Below are positions 1-9,254 of a stretch of DNA of 64,000 nucleotides, one piece after another; positions within the stretch are counted from its first letter, which is position 1; every line of letters starts with the position of its first letter. A program made the translations under genes and the position numbers. The notes below the pieces were generated by a model that saw only the letters and a list, made by a program, of their open reading frames with translations, ran no database searches and was not told the DNA's origin. This DNA is from Clostridiaceae bacterium (GTDB taxonomy: Bacteria; Bacillota; Clostridia; Oscillospirales; Acutalibacteraceae): assembly GCA_016280595.1 (NCBI GenBank), contig JAEEHB010000034.1:1073-65072 (forward strand). The letters are read 5' to 3'.

Positions 1-2342
1 CTTTTTCTGTTTTCTTTCTTTATTCTTTTCTCGGCTTCGAGCCGTTCTTTATCAAGTTTTCTTTCAGCCGCAAGACGTTCCGCCTTCGCTCTTTCCGAGT
101 CGTGGCGGGCTTTTCTTTCGGCAACAACGCTTTCGTAGTCGGCGATTATGCCGTCAAGGTTGTTGTAGCCGTCGTGCAGTTCAAGCGTGCGCACGGCGTT
201 GAGATAGGGAGTGGCGTAGGTGATATAGTTGTTTTTATCTCTGCTCGCCTTTTTCATCGCGTCGCGTCTGAGTTTGCGGTTTTCGCGCGTGTCATCCGGC
301 AGGTCGTATGCCGCCTGCTCCGCGTCGGGGTAATAGGTGCAGCTGCCTTCGGGGTATAACTGCTCAAACAGATGATGCGAGGATTTTATCTGCTTCGCGT
401 TTTTGATTTCCTGTTTGCGCCAGGTGCGCTCTTCTTTTATATCCGTTTCGGGCAGGGCGAGGGCGAGAGCGAGGATTTCTTCATAATCGTTGTGAAAACC
501 GTCTATGCCCGCGTCGGCGATTTTGCGGCAGAGTTCATATTGCTTCTTGCCGAAATCGGTTTCAAATCTTCTGATTTCGTGCATAACGAAGCGCGAGATT
601 TCAACCTCTTCATTCTGCTCTCTTGCGGCTGCGTTTTCTTCGCGCGCTTTCTGAATTGCCGCAAGGCGTGCTTCCTTTTCCTCCGGGGTGCCGGACGGCA
701 GGCTCTTTGCCTGAGCGAGCGCTTTTTTGCCGGGCAGAGCAACCTTCTCCGCGCCGTCATATTTACGCGCCTTGATTATCGCCTCACAGCCTTCGATATA
801 AGTGCTTTCCTCACGCTTATCGGAGTTTCTGTCTTCGATCAGGGTGCGGATTCTGATTACTCTTATCATTGACTTCTGCCCGGTTTCGGAAATATCGTAG
901 GCAAACCAGGGCAGCACGTCAACCGCCGCGCCGAAGATTGAGATTTTAAGCAGAGTGTCCAAGAGACCGAAAAGCACGCAGTCCGGATTCTTTTCCTGCT
1001 GTGAAAGGGGCAGGGCTTCATTGTAGTTTTTGTAAACATCAAGCACGGAGTAATCGTTGCCGTCGAAGCCCTTTCTTCTGTAAACCCAGGGGATGAAAAG
1101 ACCCGTCACAGCGCCGATAATGCCGCTCGCGTAGGACTGCACAAAGCCGAAAGCGCCGTCGATTCTTTCGCCTATAAGATACTGCTGATTGTCGCGCATA
1201 TCGGACTCAATCGCGGAGTCGATAACATTGCCGGTGTCAACAAATCTGTCAATCGTATAAACTATGAAAAGGCCTATAGCGGCAAATTTGGTTTTATAGA
1301 AAAGGAAGTATGATGCGATAAGGAAAATCTGCGCGATATTCTTGAATATCTTTATGTTTCGTTTGCCGAAGCGTTTTATGAACCAGGGGGAGAAAAGCAT
1401 ACCCCAGAAATTCGCGTTGTAGGAGATTGTGTTGAGCAGGCCGTAGGTGGTGCTCTTCATGATATGAGCGCGGTAAACCATCCACTCCCACACATTGCCC
1501 TTTGCGCCCTCAAGAAAGTCGTTCCAGCCGTCGGCGCATTTTATCCAGAATATCTTGTTGCCCGCGACAGCGCGCATTGAATTGGTGAAACTCATTTTGG
1601 TGATACGGCTCTTGGGAAGTACAAGGCGCTCCCTTGTGCCGAAATAGGCTATGAGCACCACTGGCATCAGCAGCGAAAGGGGAGTGTAAGCGCCGCGGTA
1701 ATAGCGCATATTGTATTTGTCGCCGTTTTTGCAAAGCACGTCAACCATCAGCGGGAAATAGATGTTGGTGATGGTGTAGCCCATAGAGTAGATAATGCTG
1801 GTGATTGCCATTATCTTGGTGCGCTCCTGGGTGTTGGGAGTCATAACGTGCACCATGTTTGTAACGCCCGTGTTTACCCATCCCTGCACATAGCCCTGAA
1901 TCTGACCGATGAGAAACAGCATTATTATCATTATGTATCTGCCGAAACGCCCCGAATCCCTGACCGTTTCATAAGGCAGCCAGAGCGAAATGATTGTGAG
2001 AATCATAGAGGGAATCGCCAGTTTGATATACACCCTGTATTTGCCGTCGGACGAGCGCAGGTTATCAACAATATAGGCGTTGAGCGGTGTGGTGATGTAG
2101 CCGATAGCCGTGCATACATAGCCCATAACGAGCAGTTCTGTGTTGTTCATCTTGAGCGTCATGCCTGTGAACTGATTGCCCACGCCGAAGCCGATGGTCC
2201 ACGAAATTGACATAAGCAGAGCCATCCAGCCCACCGAGAGCATCACAACCTCGCGGTAGGGAACATATTCGCCCGGCCTCGGCTGCCGCCAGTACATCCT
2301 GAGGTCGGATATTCCGTCTTTTACTTTTTGCACAGCTTCCAA
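1..2342 (-). CDS. MFS transporter, GPH/MFS_2 family, with long charged C-terminal extension (3' end outside window)
   Basis: Absent from the ORF track because it runs off the window. Manual translation from TTG at 2342 (RBS-like AGGCGGTG) gives MEAVQKVKDGISDLRMYWRQPRPGEYVPYRE...AYIVDNLRSSDGKYRVYI, then TPNTQERT; hydrophobic helices to about 900, then a K/E/R/A-rich tail. Confidence 0.8.
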   Translation of the reverse strand, partial: MEAVQKVKDGISDLRMYWRQPRPGEYVPYREVVMLSVGWMALLMSISWTIGFGVGNQFTGMTLKMNNTELLVMGYVCTAIGYITTPLNAYIVDNLRSSDGKYRVYIKLAIPSMILTIISLWLPYETVRDSGRFGRYIMIIMLFLIGQIQGYVQGWVNTGVTNMVHVMTPNTQERTKIMAITSIIYSMGYTITNIYFPLMVDVLCKNGDKYNMRYYRGAYTPLSLLMPVVLIAYFGTRERLVLPKSRITKMSFTNSMRAVAGNKIFWIKCADGWNDFLEGAKGNVWEWMVYRAHIMKSTTYGLLNTISYNANFWGMLFSPWFIKRFGKRNIKIFKNIAQIFLIASYFLFYKTKFAAIGLFIVYTIDRFVDTGNVIDSAIESDMRDNQQYLIGERIDGAFGFVQSYASGIIGAVTGLFIPWVYRRKGFDGNDYSVLDVYKNYNEALPLSQQEKNPDCVLFGLLDTLLKISIFGAAVDVLPWFAYDISETGQKSMIRVIRIRTLIEDRNSDKREESTYIEGCEAIIKARKYDGAEKVALPGKKALAQAKSLPSGTPEEKEARLAAIQKAREENAAAREQNEEVEISRFVMHEIRRFETDFGKKQYELCRKIADAGIDGFHNDYEEILALALALPETDIKEERTWRKQEIKNAKQIKSSHHLFEQLYPEGSCTYYPDAEQAAYDLPDDTRENRKLRRDAMKKASRDKNNYITYATPYLNAVRTLELHDGYNNLDGIIADYESVVAERKARHDSERAKAERLAAERKLDKERLEAEKRIKKENRK

Positions 2343-2360
2343 TGATTCACCGCCTAAACA

Positions 2361-2401
2361 AAAAGCCCGTAAATCGGAAAAACTGATACCGGTTTACGGG
2401 C
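2361..2401 (-). terminator. Probable intrinsic terminator after the GDSL gene
   Basis: GCCCGTAAA...TTTACGGGC stem followed by a U-run on the minus strand. Confidence 0.55.
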
Positions 2402-2428
2402 GCTGCCCTTGTGGTTTATAACTGAATA

Positions 2429-3241
2429 TTAAAGGAATATTCCCGTGAAAAATCCGAACATACGAAGATAGTTTGACGGATCTTTTGACACTCTGTCAAT
2501 CGGCTGGGCGAGAATCACGGGCTCGGTTTTGGTGCCGAGGCCGAGTTCACTCAGTTTTTTGAGAATAACCTTCGCTATGAGAATGTTGCCCTTTGCGTTG
2601 GGATGAATGGTATCTATTGCGATAAGATTTTTTTCCGCGGCGAAGGCGGAGCAGACATCCGCAAGTTCATAGGCGCTGGGGTTTTCTTTAAGATAATCTC
2701 TGAAGCAGGCGTTAAGCGCGTCAACGCCCTTCTGATAGAGACCCGCGATGCCTTTGATTTTCCAGGGGTTGTAAAGAGTCTGAAGGATAATCACGGCGTC
2801 GGAATTCTTTGCCTTTATCTTGGTTATGATTTCGTGAAGGTCTCTGTTGACGCCTTCAACTATCTTGTTGATTACGCTCATATTGCCGAAGGTAACGGTG
2901 AGCAGAAGCCAGGGAAGATTGTTTTTAATGAAATTGTTGCCGCCGATGGAAATGTTGATTATATCAGCGGATTTGATTGTGTCGGATACCTGCTGGTCGT
3001 CTATCCAGTTAAGCAGATTTGAGGTTGTGAAACCGTCAATCGCGAAGTTTGAGTAAATGTAGCCGTTGGTGTTGGCGACTATTTTGCCGTAGCAGGCCTC
3101 GCCGGGGTTTACTATGCCTGAGCCTACGCCGATTGAATCGCCGAGCACAAGGTAATGGAGTTTTTCCTGCGCGGCATATGCCGAAACGAAGCAGGAGAGA
3201 ATAATAACAAGTGAAAGTAATACGCTGATTAATTTTTTCAA
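2429..3241 (-). CDS. Secreted SGNH/GDSL hydrolase
   Basis: Signal peptide; LGDSI, SIGGNN and DTIHPN blocks; paralog of 55133..55984. Confidence 0.85.
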   Translation of the reverse strand: MKKLISVLLSLVIILSCFVSAYAAQEKLHYLVLGDSIGVGSGIVNPGEACYGKIVANTNGYIYSNFAIDGFTTSNLLNWIDDQQVSDTIKSADIINISIGGNNFIKNNLPWLLLTVTFGNMSVINKIVEGVNRDLHEIITKIKAKNSDAVIILQTLYNPWKIKGIAGLYQKGVDALNACFRDYLKENPSAYELADVCSAFAAEKNLIAIDTIHPNAKGNILIAKVILKKLSELGLGTKTEPVILAQPIDRVSKDPSNYLRMFGFFTGIFL

Positions 3242-3342
3242 AACGGGTACCTCCGGAAATGCGCAGAAATGTGCGTTTGAGTTTATTCATTCAATTTGGC
3301 TATGCGCCCTCAGGGAGCGTCATAGCCAAACCCAACGGTTTA

Positions 3343-3371
3343 ATTATAATAACCTTATTATGTATTGTCAA
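3343..3371 (-). promoter_or_regulatory. Sigma-A promoter of the GDSL gene
   Basis: Perfect TTGACA-17 bp-TATAAT on the minus strand. Confidence 0.8.
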
Positions 3372-3469
3372 GGCAGAATTGCCGAAACGGCGGGTAAAAT
3401 GTGTTGAGATTTTATAAAAATTGTGATAAAGTTTATCATAACATATTATTTTTCTTCAGGAGAGAAAAA

Positions 3470-5311
3470 ATGAAACTCAAGTCACTTATCGGCATTTTTC
3501 TTGTCTTTGCGCTGATTATTTCGGCGTGCGCTCCCGCTTTTGCCTACGGAAATTCCGCTGCGCAGAGCGATGCTTCCGGCGGAGATGACAGCGGCGTGCT
3601 CTCATTTATCAAAGAATTGTTTGAGCGGATTTCGGCGTTTTTCAGAGGGCTGAAAACACGCATTGAAGTCAGGCGGGAAGGCGTGAAAAACACGATGAAT
3701 CAGAACACCATTCATATGCTCAAATCTGCCACCGACACCATAGGCGACAGTTTCATAATCACCACCGAAGACGGCAAGGTTATAGCCGTAGACGGCGGCC
3801 ACTATACGGACACCGAGTATTTTGTGCAGTATCTCAAAGCGGTGACCGGCTCGGATAAACCGCATATTGACGCCTGGTTTCTTTCACATCCGCACGATGA
3901 TCACTGCGAAGTTTTTCTCGATGTCGTCGAAAACCGCAGTGAAGTATCGTTTGATAAAGTTTACGCAAATTTCCCCGAAACCGCTTTTTATGAAGGAGCC
4001 GACGAGTGGGCGGTACAGGTGCTCACCGATTACTACCGTCTTCTGCCCCGCTTTGAGGGCAAAACTGCCGAACTCACTGAAGGCGATGTGTTCAATGTCG
4101 GCGCGGCGGATTTCACTGTATTTTACACTTTCAATCCCGAATTCAAGCGCTGCAATTCCGCCTCAACCATAATGCGTATGGACCTTGGCGGCACTAGCGT
4201 GATGTTTACGGGCGACGCCTGGATTGACTCCGGCAATTATGTTGTCGAAAAATATGCAAACAGCGGTCTGCTTGACTGTGATATATGCAAAATGGCGCAT
4301 CACGGCAACGACGGCGTTGACAGGACCTTTTATGAAGCGGTATCACCGAGAATCTGCCTGTGGCCCACTCCCTCATGGGTCTGGGAAAATACAAACGGCA
4401 ATCTTACGACTCCCGAGGTGCGCGCCTGGATGGACGAAATCGGAGTGGAAAAGAATTATGTTGCGAAGGACGGCTCCCGTATGCTACGCCTCTTTAATCC
4501 CCGCATAGTTACAACAACCGATGTGTTTGAAGACGGCTATCCCGCCGACAGGGCTATTGACCGCCTTGCCGCTCTCGGCTATGAGGGAATCGATATGGGC
4601 TTTGACTACTGGACCTTTGAGGGCTCGCCGTTTATGGGCGATGATTATCTCGGCTGGGCGCAGTCGCTCAGAGAGCACGCGGATGAAACCGGCATACCCT
4701 ACACACACGCTCACTCACCGGGCGAAGCAAACTCCGGCGATGTTGTGGGCAGGTCTATAGAAGCCGCCGCCGTGCTCGGAGCAAAATATTGCGTTGTTCA
4801 CCCTGTGTGGCGTGACGAAAAAGGAGATATTATTAAGAGCAAATCAAAGTTCATTTCCGTAAACGCCGAGGCAATAAGCGAATGGCTGCCGAAAGCCGAA
4901 GAATGCGGAGTAATCCTGCTTTCCGAAAATGTCCTCTGGGGCGCTTCCGCCGACCCGCGCATTGTGGCGGACCTTGTAAAAGAAGTTGACTCACCGTGGT
5001 TCGGCTGGTGTTTTGATGTCGGTCACGCCTGGTGCAGCGGCTACAAACCCGACATACTCAAAAAATGCTCCGTCGTTCCGCTCTCGCTTCATATACAGGA
5101 TAACGACGGCGGCGGAGACGGTCATCTGATACCGGGCGACGGCACGATTGACTGGGATTTGTTTATCCGCACGCTCAAAGATGTCGGCTACACCGGAGAC
5201 TGCGTGATGGAAGCGCACCATCAGTCGCTTGTTGCGCCGGACGAAGAGAGAGACGCGATTCTCGCGAGGCTCCTTACCGAATCCGAAAAACTCCGCATTG
5301 AAATGATATAA
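3470..5311 (+). CDS. Secreted fusion: ComEC-like metallo-beta-lactamase-fold hydrolase + sugar-phosphate isomerase/epimerase (AP-endonuclease-2-type TIM barrel)
   Basis: ATG at 3470 after AGGAG; signal peptide; MBL motifs HPHDDH, FTGDA, KMAHHG; TIM-barrel motifs SEN, FDVGH, LHIQDN, HLIPGDG, MEAH. Confidence 0.8.
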   Translation: MKLKSLIGIFLVFALIISACAPAFAYGNSAAQSDASGGDDSGVLSFIKELFERISAFFRGLKTRIEVRREGVKNTMNQNTIHMLKSATDTIGDSFIITTEDGKVIAVDGGHYTDTEYFVQYLKAVTGSDKPHIDAWFLSHPHDDHCEVFLDVVENRSEVSFDKVYANFPETAFYEGADEWAVQVLTDYYRLLPRFEGKTAELTEGDVFNVGAADFTVFYTFNPEFKRCNSASTIMRMDLGGTSVMFTGDAWIDSGNYVVEKYANSGLLDCDICKMAHHGNDGVDRTFYEAVSPRICLWPTPSWVWENTNGNLTTPEVRAWMDEIGVEKNYVAKDGSRMLRLFNPRIVTTTDVFEDGYPADRAIDRLAALGYEGIDMGFDYWTFEGSPFMGDDYLGWAQSLREHADETGIPYTHAHSPGEANSGDVVGRSIEAAAVLGAKYCVVHPVWRDEKGDIIKSKSKFISVNAEAISEWLPKAEECGVILLSENVLWGASADPRIVADLVKEVDSPWFGWCFDVGHAWCSGYKPDILKKCSVVPLSLHIQDNDGGGDGHLIPGDGTIDWDLFIRTLKDVGYTGDCVMEAHHQSLVAPDEERDAILARLLTESEKLRIEMI

Positions 5312-5314
5312 AAG

Positions 5315-5344
5315 ACAGCCCGAGGGTTAAATCCTTCGGGCTGT
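5315..5344. terminator. Bidirectional terminator between convergent genes
   Basis: ACAGCCCGAGGG...CCTTCGGGCTGT hairpin. Confidence 0.7.
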
Positions 5345-5359
5345 AATTCTTTTGTATGA

Positions 5360-6631
5360 TTATTCCTTGATTTTGTCCCAGTATTCCTTTGCCGCCTGCT
5401 CCATTTTATTATCGCCGTATTCGTAATAAACTCTGTCTTTTATCGCGTCCGGCAGATACTGCTGTTTGACCCAGTGGCCAGGGAAATCGTGGGCGTATTT
5501 GTAAAACTGACCTTTGTGCTCATTGTCTTCGCCGTCAAAGTGCTTATTCTGAAGCTGGCGGGGAATGGGCCCTGTGTTGCCCTTTGCCACATCGCTCATA
5601 GCGGCGTTGATGGCATTATAGGCGGAGTTTGATTTCGGGCTGTTGCACACAAGTATCACCGCGTCCGCAAGCGGTATTCTCGCCTCGGGCAGGCCGAGCA
5701 TAAGCGCGGCGTCAACCGCCGCTTTCACCGTCGGGATAATCTGCGGATAGGCGAGCCCGACATCCTCGCACGCGCACACCATAAGCCTCCTGCAGGCGGA
5801 GGGCAGGTCGCCCGCTTCAAGCAGGCGGGCAAGGTAATGGATTGCGGCGTTTGCGTCCGAGCCCCTCATCGATTTCTGATAAGCGGAGATTATGTCGTAA
5901 TGCTCATCGCTGTCTTTATCATACCTCATCGCGCTCTTCTGTGTGAGCGAAACGGCGCTTTCGAGGGTGATGTGTTTTACGCCTTCCTCATAAGCGGCGG
6001 CAAGCACACAGAGTTCAACGCTGTTAAGCGCCTTTCTCACGTCGCCCGCGCAGGCGGTGGAAATGTGCTCGGGTACGCCGTCTTCAATTTCGTATTTTTC
6101 GCCGCGCGTTTTTGCCATTTCATCAAAGCCGCGCATAACCGATTTCTTGATTTCGGCAGGGGAGATGCTCTTGAATTCAAACACCGTTGACCTGCTCAGA
6201 ATTGCCGAATAAATATAGAAATACGGGTTTTCGGTGGTGGATGCGATAAGGGTAATGCTTCCGTTTTCGATATATTCAAGCAGAGACTGCTGCTGGCGTT
6301 TGTTGAAATACTGTATCTCGTCAAGGTAGAGAAGTATGCCATTTATGCCCTGCAGAGTGTCCAGCTGAGCGACGGTTTCCTTGATATCCGCCGTGCCTGC
6401 GGTTGTGCCGTTGAGTTTTACAAGATGGCGGTCCGTCTGCTTCGCGATTATGCTTGCAAGCGTGGTTTTGCCAACCCCCGGAGGGCCGTAAAAGACCATA
6501 TTCGGAAGTTCGCCCGATTCTATTATATTGCGCAGGGCCTTTCCTTCGCCGAGCAGATGCTCCTGGCCTACCATTTCGTCAATGGTTTTCGGCCTCATTC
6601 TGTCTGCAAGCGGGGCTGACATCTTTTTCAC
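5360..6631 (-). CDS. rarA: Replication-associated recombination protein A (AAA+ ATPase)
   Basis: PLADRMRP, Walker A GPPGVGKTT, LDEI, STTENPYF, KSMRGSD, EDVGLA, QQYLP. Confidence 0.95.
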   Translation of the reverse strand: MKKMSAPLADRMRPKTIDEMVGQEHLLGEGKALRNIIESGELPNMVFYGPPGVGKTTLASIIAKQTDRHLVKLNGTTAGTADIKETVAQLDTLQGINGILLYLDEIQYFNKRQQQSLLEYIENGSITLIASTTENPYFYIYSAILSRSTVFEFKSISPAEIKKSVMRGFDEMAKTRGEKYEIEDGVPEHISTACAGDVRKALNSVELCVLAAAYEEGVKHITLESAVSLTQKSAMRYDKDSDEHYDIISAYQKSMRGSDANAAIHYLARLLEAGDLPSACRRLMVCACEDVGLAYPQIIPTVKAAVDAALMLGLPEARIPLADAVILVCNSPKSNSAYNAINAAMSDVAKGNTGPIPRQLQNKHFDGEDNEHKGQFYKYAHDFPGHWVKQQYLPDAIKDRVYYEYGDNKMEQAAKEYWDKIKE

Positions 6632-6779
6632 CCTTTCCTGTGAGATTTATTACGCTTTATAATAACATATACATTCCGCGATTTCAACCCGGAGCGGTCA
6701 AACGCCGGAAATCGCGAAAAAATGAGAAAAACGGAGAAAAAGAGAGAAAAGCATCGATAACCCGGTATTATATCCTCAA

Positions 6780-6852
6780 TTTGACCTTTTTTGACCTTTG
6801 CAAATCTGACCTTTCCTGACTATAATAAACTCAAAAGTCAGGGAAAGTCAAA
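6780..6852 (+). promoter_or_regulatory. ctsR promoter with three CtsR boxes
   Basis: TTGCAA(6798)-17-TATAAT(6821); heptad direct repeats resembling RGTCAAA-N3-RGTCAAA at 6780-6797 (minus), 6806-6821 (minus) and 6836-6852 (plus). Confidence 0.85.
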
Positions 6853-6871
6853 CGAACGGAGGTGAGACGCT

Positions 6872-7339
6872 GTGAGTTCAAGTATTTCCGGCAAAATCAC
6901 ACAGATGCTCCTTGATATGCTCGAGCAGGACGGGACTACCGAAATAAGGCGAAACGACCTTGCCCAGTCACTCGGCTGTGTGCCGAGCCAGATAAACTAT
7001 GTAATCTCATCGCGCTTTACTCCGGAGAGGGGTTACATCGTTGAGAGCAGACGCGGAGGCGGCGGATATGTTAAAATCACCCGCGTGAGCCTCGATTTCC
7101 CCACGGCGATTATGCACGCAGTAAATTCCGTAGGCCCGTCAATCGATCCGCTTACGGCGAGGTCCTGCATTATGAACCTGCTGGCGGGGGATATAATAGA
7201 CCGCGATGCCGCGAGCCTGATTGCGGCGGCTCTTGACGAGAACGCCTTGAGACCGATACCTTATGAATACAGAGATACTGCCAGGGCATCAATACTAAAA
7301 CAGATGCTCCTCGCTTACAGTAATAACAGGAAAGGATGA
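6872..7339 (+). CDS. ctsR: Class III stress gene repressor CtsR
   Basis: CVPSQINYVI, RFT, ESRRGGGGY glycine loop; followed by mcsA-mcsB. Confidence 0.95.
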   Translation: MSSSISGKITQMLLDMLEQDGTTEIRRNDLAQSLGCVPSQINYVISSRFTPERGYIVESRRGGGGYVKITRVSLDFPTAIMHAVNSVGPSIDPLTARSCIMNLLAGDIIDRDAASLIAAALDENALRPIPYEYRDTARASILKQMLLAYSNNRKG

Positions 7340-7345
7340 TAGATT

Positions 7346-7864
7346 ATGCTGTGCCAGAACTGCGGAAAAAATGAAGCGAACACTCATATCAAACAAATTA
7401 TAAACGGCGATACCGCGGAGAGCCATCTCTGCTCGGAATGCGCCAACCATCTGGGCTATTCGGATATGTTTTCGGGCTTTGATTTCAGCCTGTCCGATTT
7501 CTTCGGCGGCTTCCTGAGCGATGTAATGCCCGGCCACCTTATCGGCGATGTGAAAAGATGCGAAAAATGCGGCGCGTCGTTCAACGATATAGTGCGTGAA
7601 GGCAGGGTAGGCTGTGCAAACTGCTATCGCACCTTCTATGACCGCCTGAGGCCCTCACTTCAGAGAATTCACGGCAAGGCAAGGCACTCCGGCAAAATCA
7701 GTCGCAGCGCCGCCGACGAAAAGAAAGAGGAAGAGACACTTCAGGAAAAAATCAACGCCCTTCAGGAGCAGATGAACGAAGCCGTTGCAAAGCAGGATTT
7801 TGAAAAAGCGGCTGAAATCAGAGATGAGATAAAGGCGCTGAAAGGAGAGAACAATAATGAGTAA
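7346..7864 (+). CDS. mcsA: McsA, protein-arginine kinase activator
   Basis: Four CxxC motifs and a C-terminal UVR domain (QDFEKAAEIRDEIK). Confidence 0.95.
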   Translation: MLCQNCGKNEANTHIKQIINGDTAESHLCSECANHLGYSDMFSGFDFSLSDFFGGFLSDVMPGHLIGDVKRCEKCGASFNDIVREGRVGCANCYRTFYDRLRPSLQRIHGKARHSGKISRSAADEKKEEETLQEKINALQEQMNEAVAKQDFEKAAEIRDEIKALKGENNNE

Positions 7865-8864
7865 ATGGTATGATAAAAAAGGCCCTCAGGGCGAGATAGT
7901 TCTTTCCACCAGAGTGCGCCTGTCAAGAAACCTTGAGGAATATCCATTCCCCTCACGCCTTGACGCAGAGGGTAAGAAAAAAGTAAACGAAACCGTAAAG
8001 ACTGCGGTCTTTGAAGGCGGCAACACCTCGCTTGAATATTTTGAGATGAAAGACCTCACCCGCCTTCAGGCGATTTCCCTTGCCGAAAGGCACGTGATAA
8101 GTCCCGACTTTACCGACAGAAAAGAGGGCGCCGCTCTCCTCATTTCGCAGGACGAGAGCATGAGCATTATGCTCTGTGAAGAGGACCATATCAAAATTCA
8201 GGCAGTACAGAGCGGACTCGCGCTTGAAGAAGTTTTCGCGAAGTGCGACGAGATAGATTCCCTGATTGACAGCAAACTCAAATACGCGTTTGACGAAAAA
8301 ATCGGTTACCTCACAAGCAGGCCGACAGACCTCGGCACCGCGATGAAGGCATCCGTGCTTGTACATCTGCCCGCACTCACCGCGCTCGGTCAGATTCCGA
8401 GGCTCGCCGCTACCGTGTCAAAACTCGGCATCAACATCACCGGTGCTTACGGCAACAGAATTCAGCCCGCCGGCGATATCTACAGGGTAAGCAACTGCAT
8501 TACGCTCGGCATTACCGAGGAAACCGCGATTGCCAACCTCAAATCAATAGTCCTTCAGCTTGTGGCACAGGAAAAATCCGCCCAGGAGAAGGAGATTAAA
8601 ACTCCCTCCGAAGAGGATAAGATTTACCGCGCGCTCGGCGTGCTTCAGAATGCAAGACTGCTGAGCACAAACGAGTTTATGGAAATGATTTCACTCGTGC
8701 GTATGGGCGCGGTGAACGGCTTCGTGGATATCCCGGTTGAGAAAATCGACTCGCTCATTATAGAAATGCAGCCTGCGACGATTTCGGTAAATCACGAGGG
8801 GCTGGATTCTATAACGGCAAGAGACGCAGAAAGGGCTAAGCAGGTCCGCTCCATCCTCAGTTGA
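7857..8864 (+). CDS. mcsB: McsB-family ATP:guanido phosphotransferase with a degenerate active site
   Basis: IVLSTRVRLSRN, EEDH, YAFDEKIGYLTS, QPA motifs and operon position; several catalytic positions substituted. Confidence 0.9.
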   Translation: MSKWYDKKGPQGEIVLSTRVRLSRNLEEYPFPSRLDAEGKKKVNETVKTAVFEGGNTSLEYFEMKDLTRLQAISLAERHVISPDFTDRKEGAALLISQDESMSIMLCEEDHIKIQAVQSGLALEEVFAKCDEIDSLIDSKLKYAFDEKIGYLTSRPTDLGTAMKASVLVHLPALTALGQIPRLAATVSKLGINITGAYGNRIQPAGDIYRVSNCITLGITEETAIANLKSIVLQLVAQEKSAQEKEIKTPSEEDKIYRALGVLQNARLLSTNEFMEMISLVRMGAVNGFVDIPVEKIDSLIIEMQPATISVNHEGLDSITARDAERAKQVRSILS

Positions 8865-8866
8865 CT

Positions 8867-9100
8867 CCGGTCGTAGCAATAAGCGCGAAAAGCGAAAAGA
8901 AAAAAGTTTTAATGAACTGCGGGTTTATAACTCGCAGTTCTTTTTATTGTTTTGCGGTAATTGACTATAAGGAAAAGATTATATTTTTCTTTTCTCAACG
9001 CCTTTATTCGCTCGCCGTACCTTAGTACTGTCTTCGCTCATAAATGCGTTGTTTTCATCGCTTCTTGCGTCCTCCCTGTTGCTGTGCCTTTGAGTAAGTA
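8867..9100 (+). repeat. Structured dispersed repeat, copy A (includes terminator hairpin 8914-8940)
   Basis: Head CGGTCGTAGCAATAAGCGCGAAAAGCGAAA, hairpin + U-run, second hairpin with GCCGTACCTTAGTACTGTCTTC, tail CCTCCCT...GTGCC; similar to copies B-E. Confidence 0.8.
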
Positions 9101-9139
9101 ACATCTGGAACAATTGTGTTTTTAACAAGTACTTGCCAC

Positions 9140-9239
9140 GTAGGGGCGGATATCATCCGCCCGTCACAAGGATATGCGTGAGCATCGTAGGGCACGGATA
9201 CATCCGTGCCGATGGCGGGATGTGGTCATCCCGCCATAC
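9140..9239. repeat. Cluster of GTAG-type REP palindromes
   Basis: GTAG-GGGCGGATATCATCCGCCC (9140-9162), GTAG-GGCACGGATACATCCGTGCC (9187-9210), inverted GGCGGGATG..CATCCCGCC-ATAC (9214-9239). Confidence 0.8.
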
Positions 9240-9254
9240 ATAAATTTAATGTTG

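Noticed and set aside
102-2210. ORF-track calls in the first 2.3 kb
   Set aside because: They are shadows of the minus-strand MFS gene that the track missed because it lacks a stop in the window.
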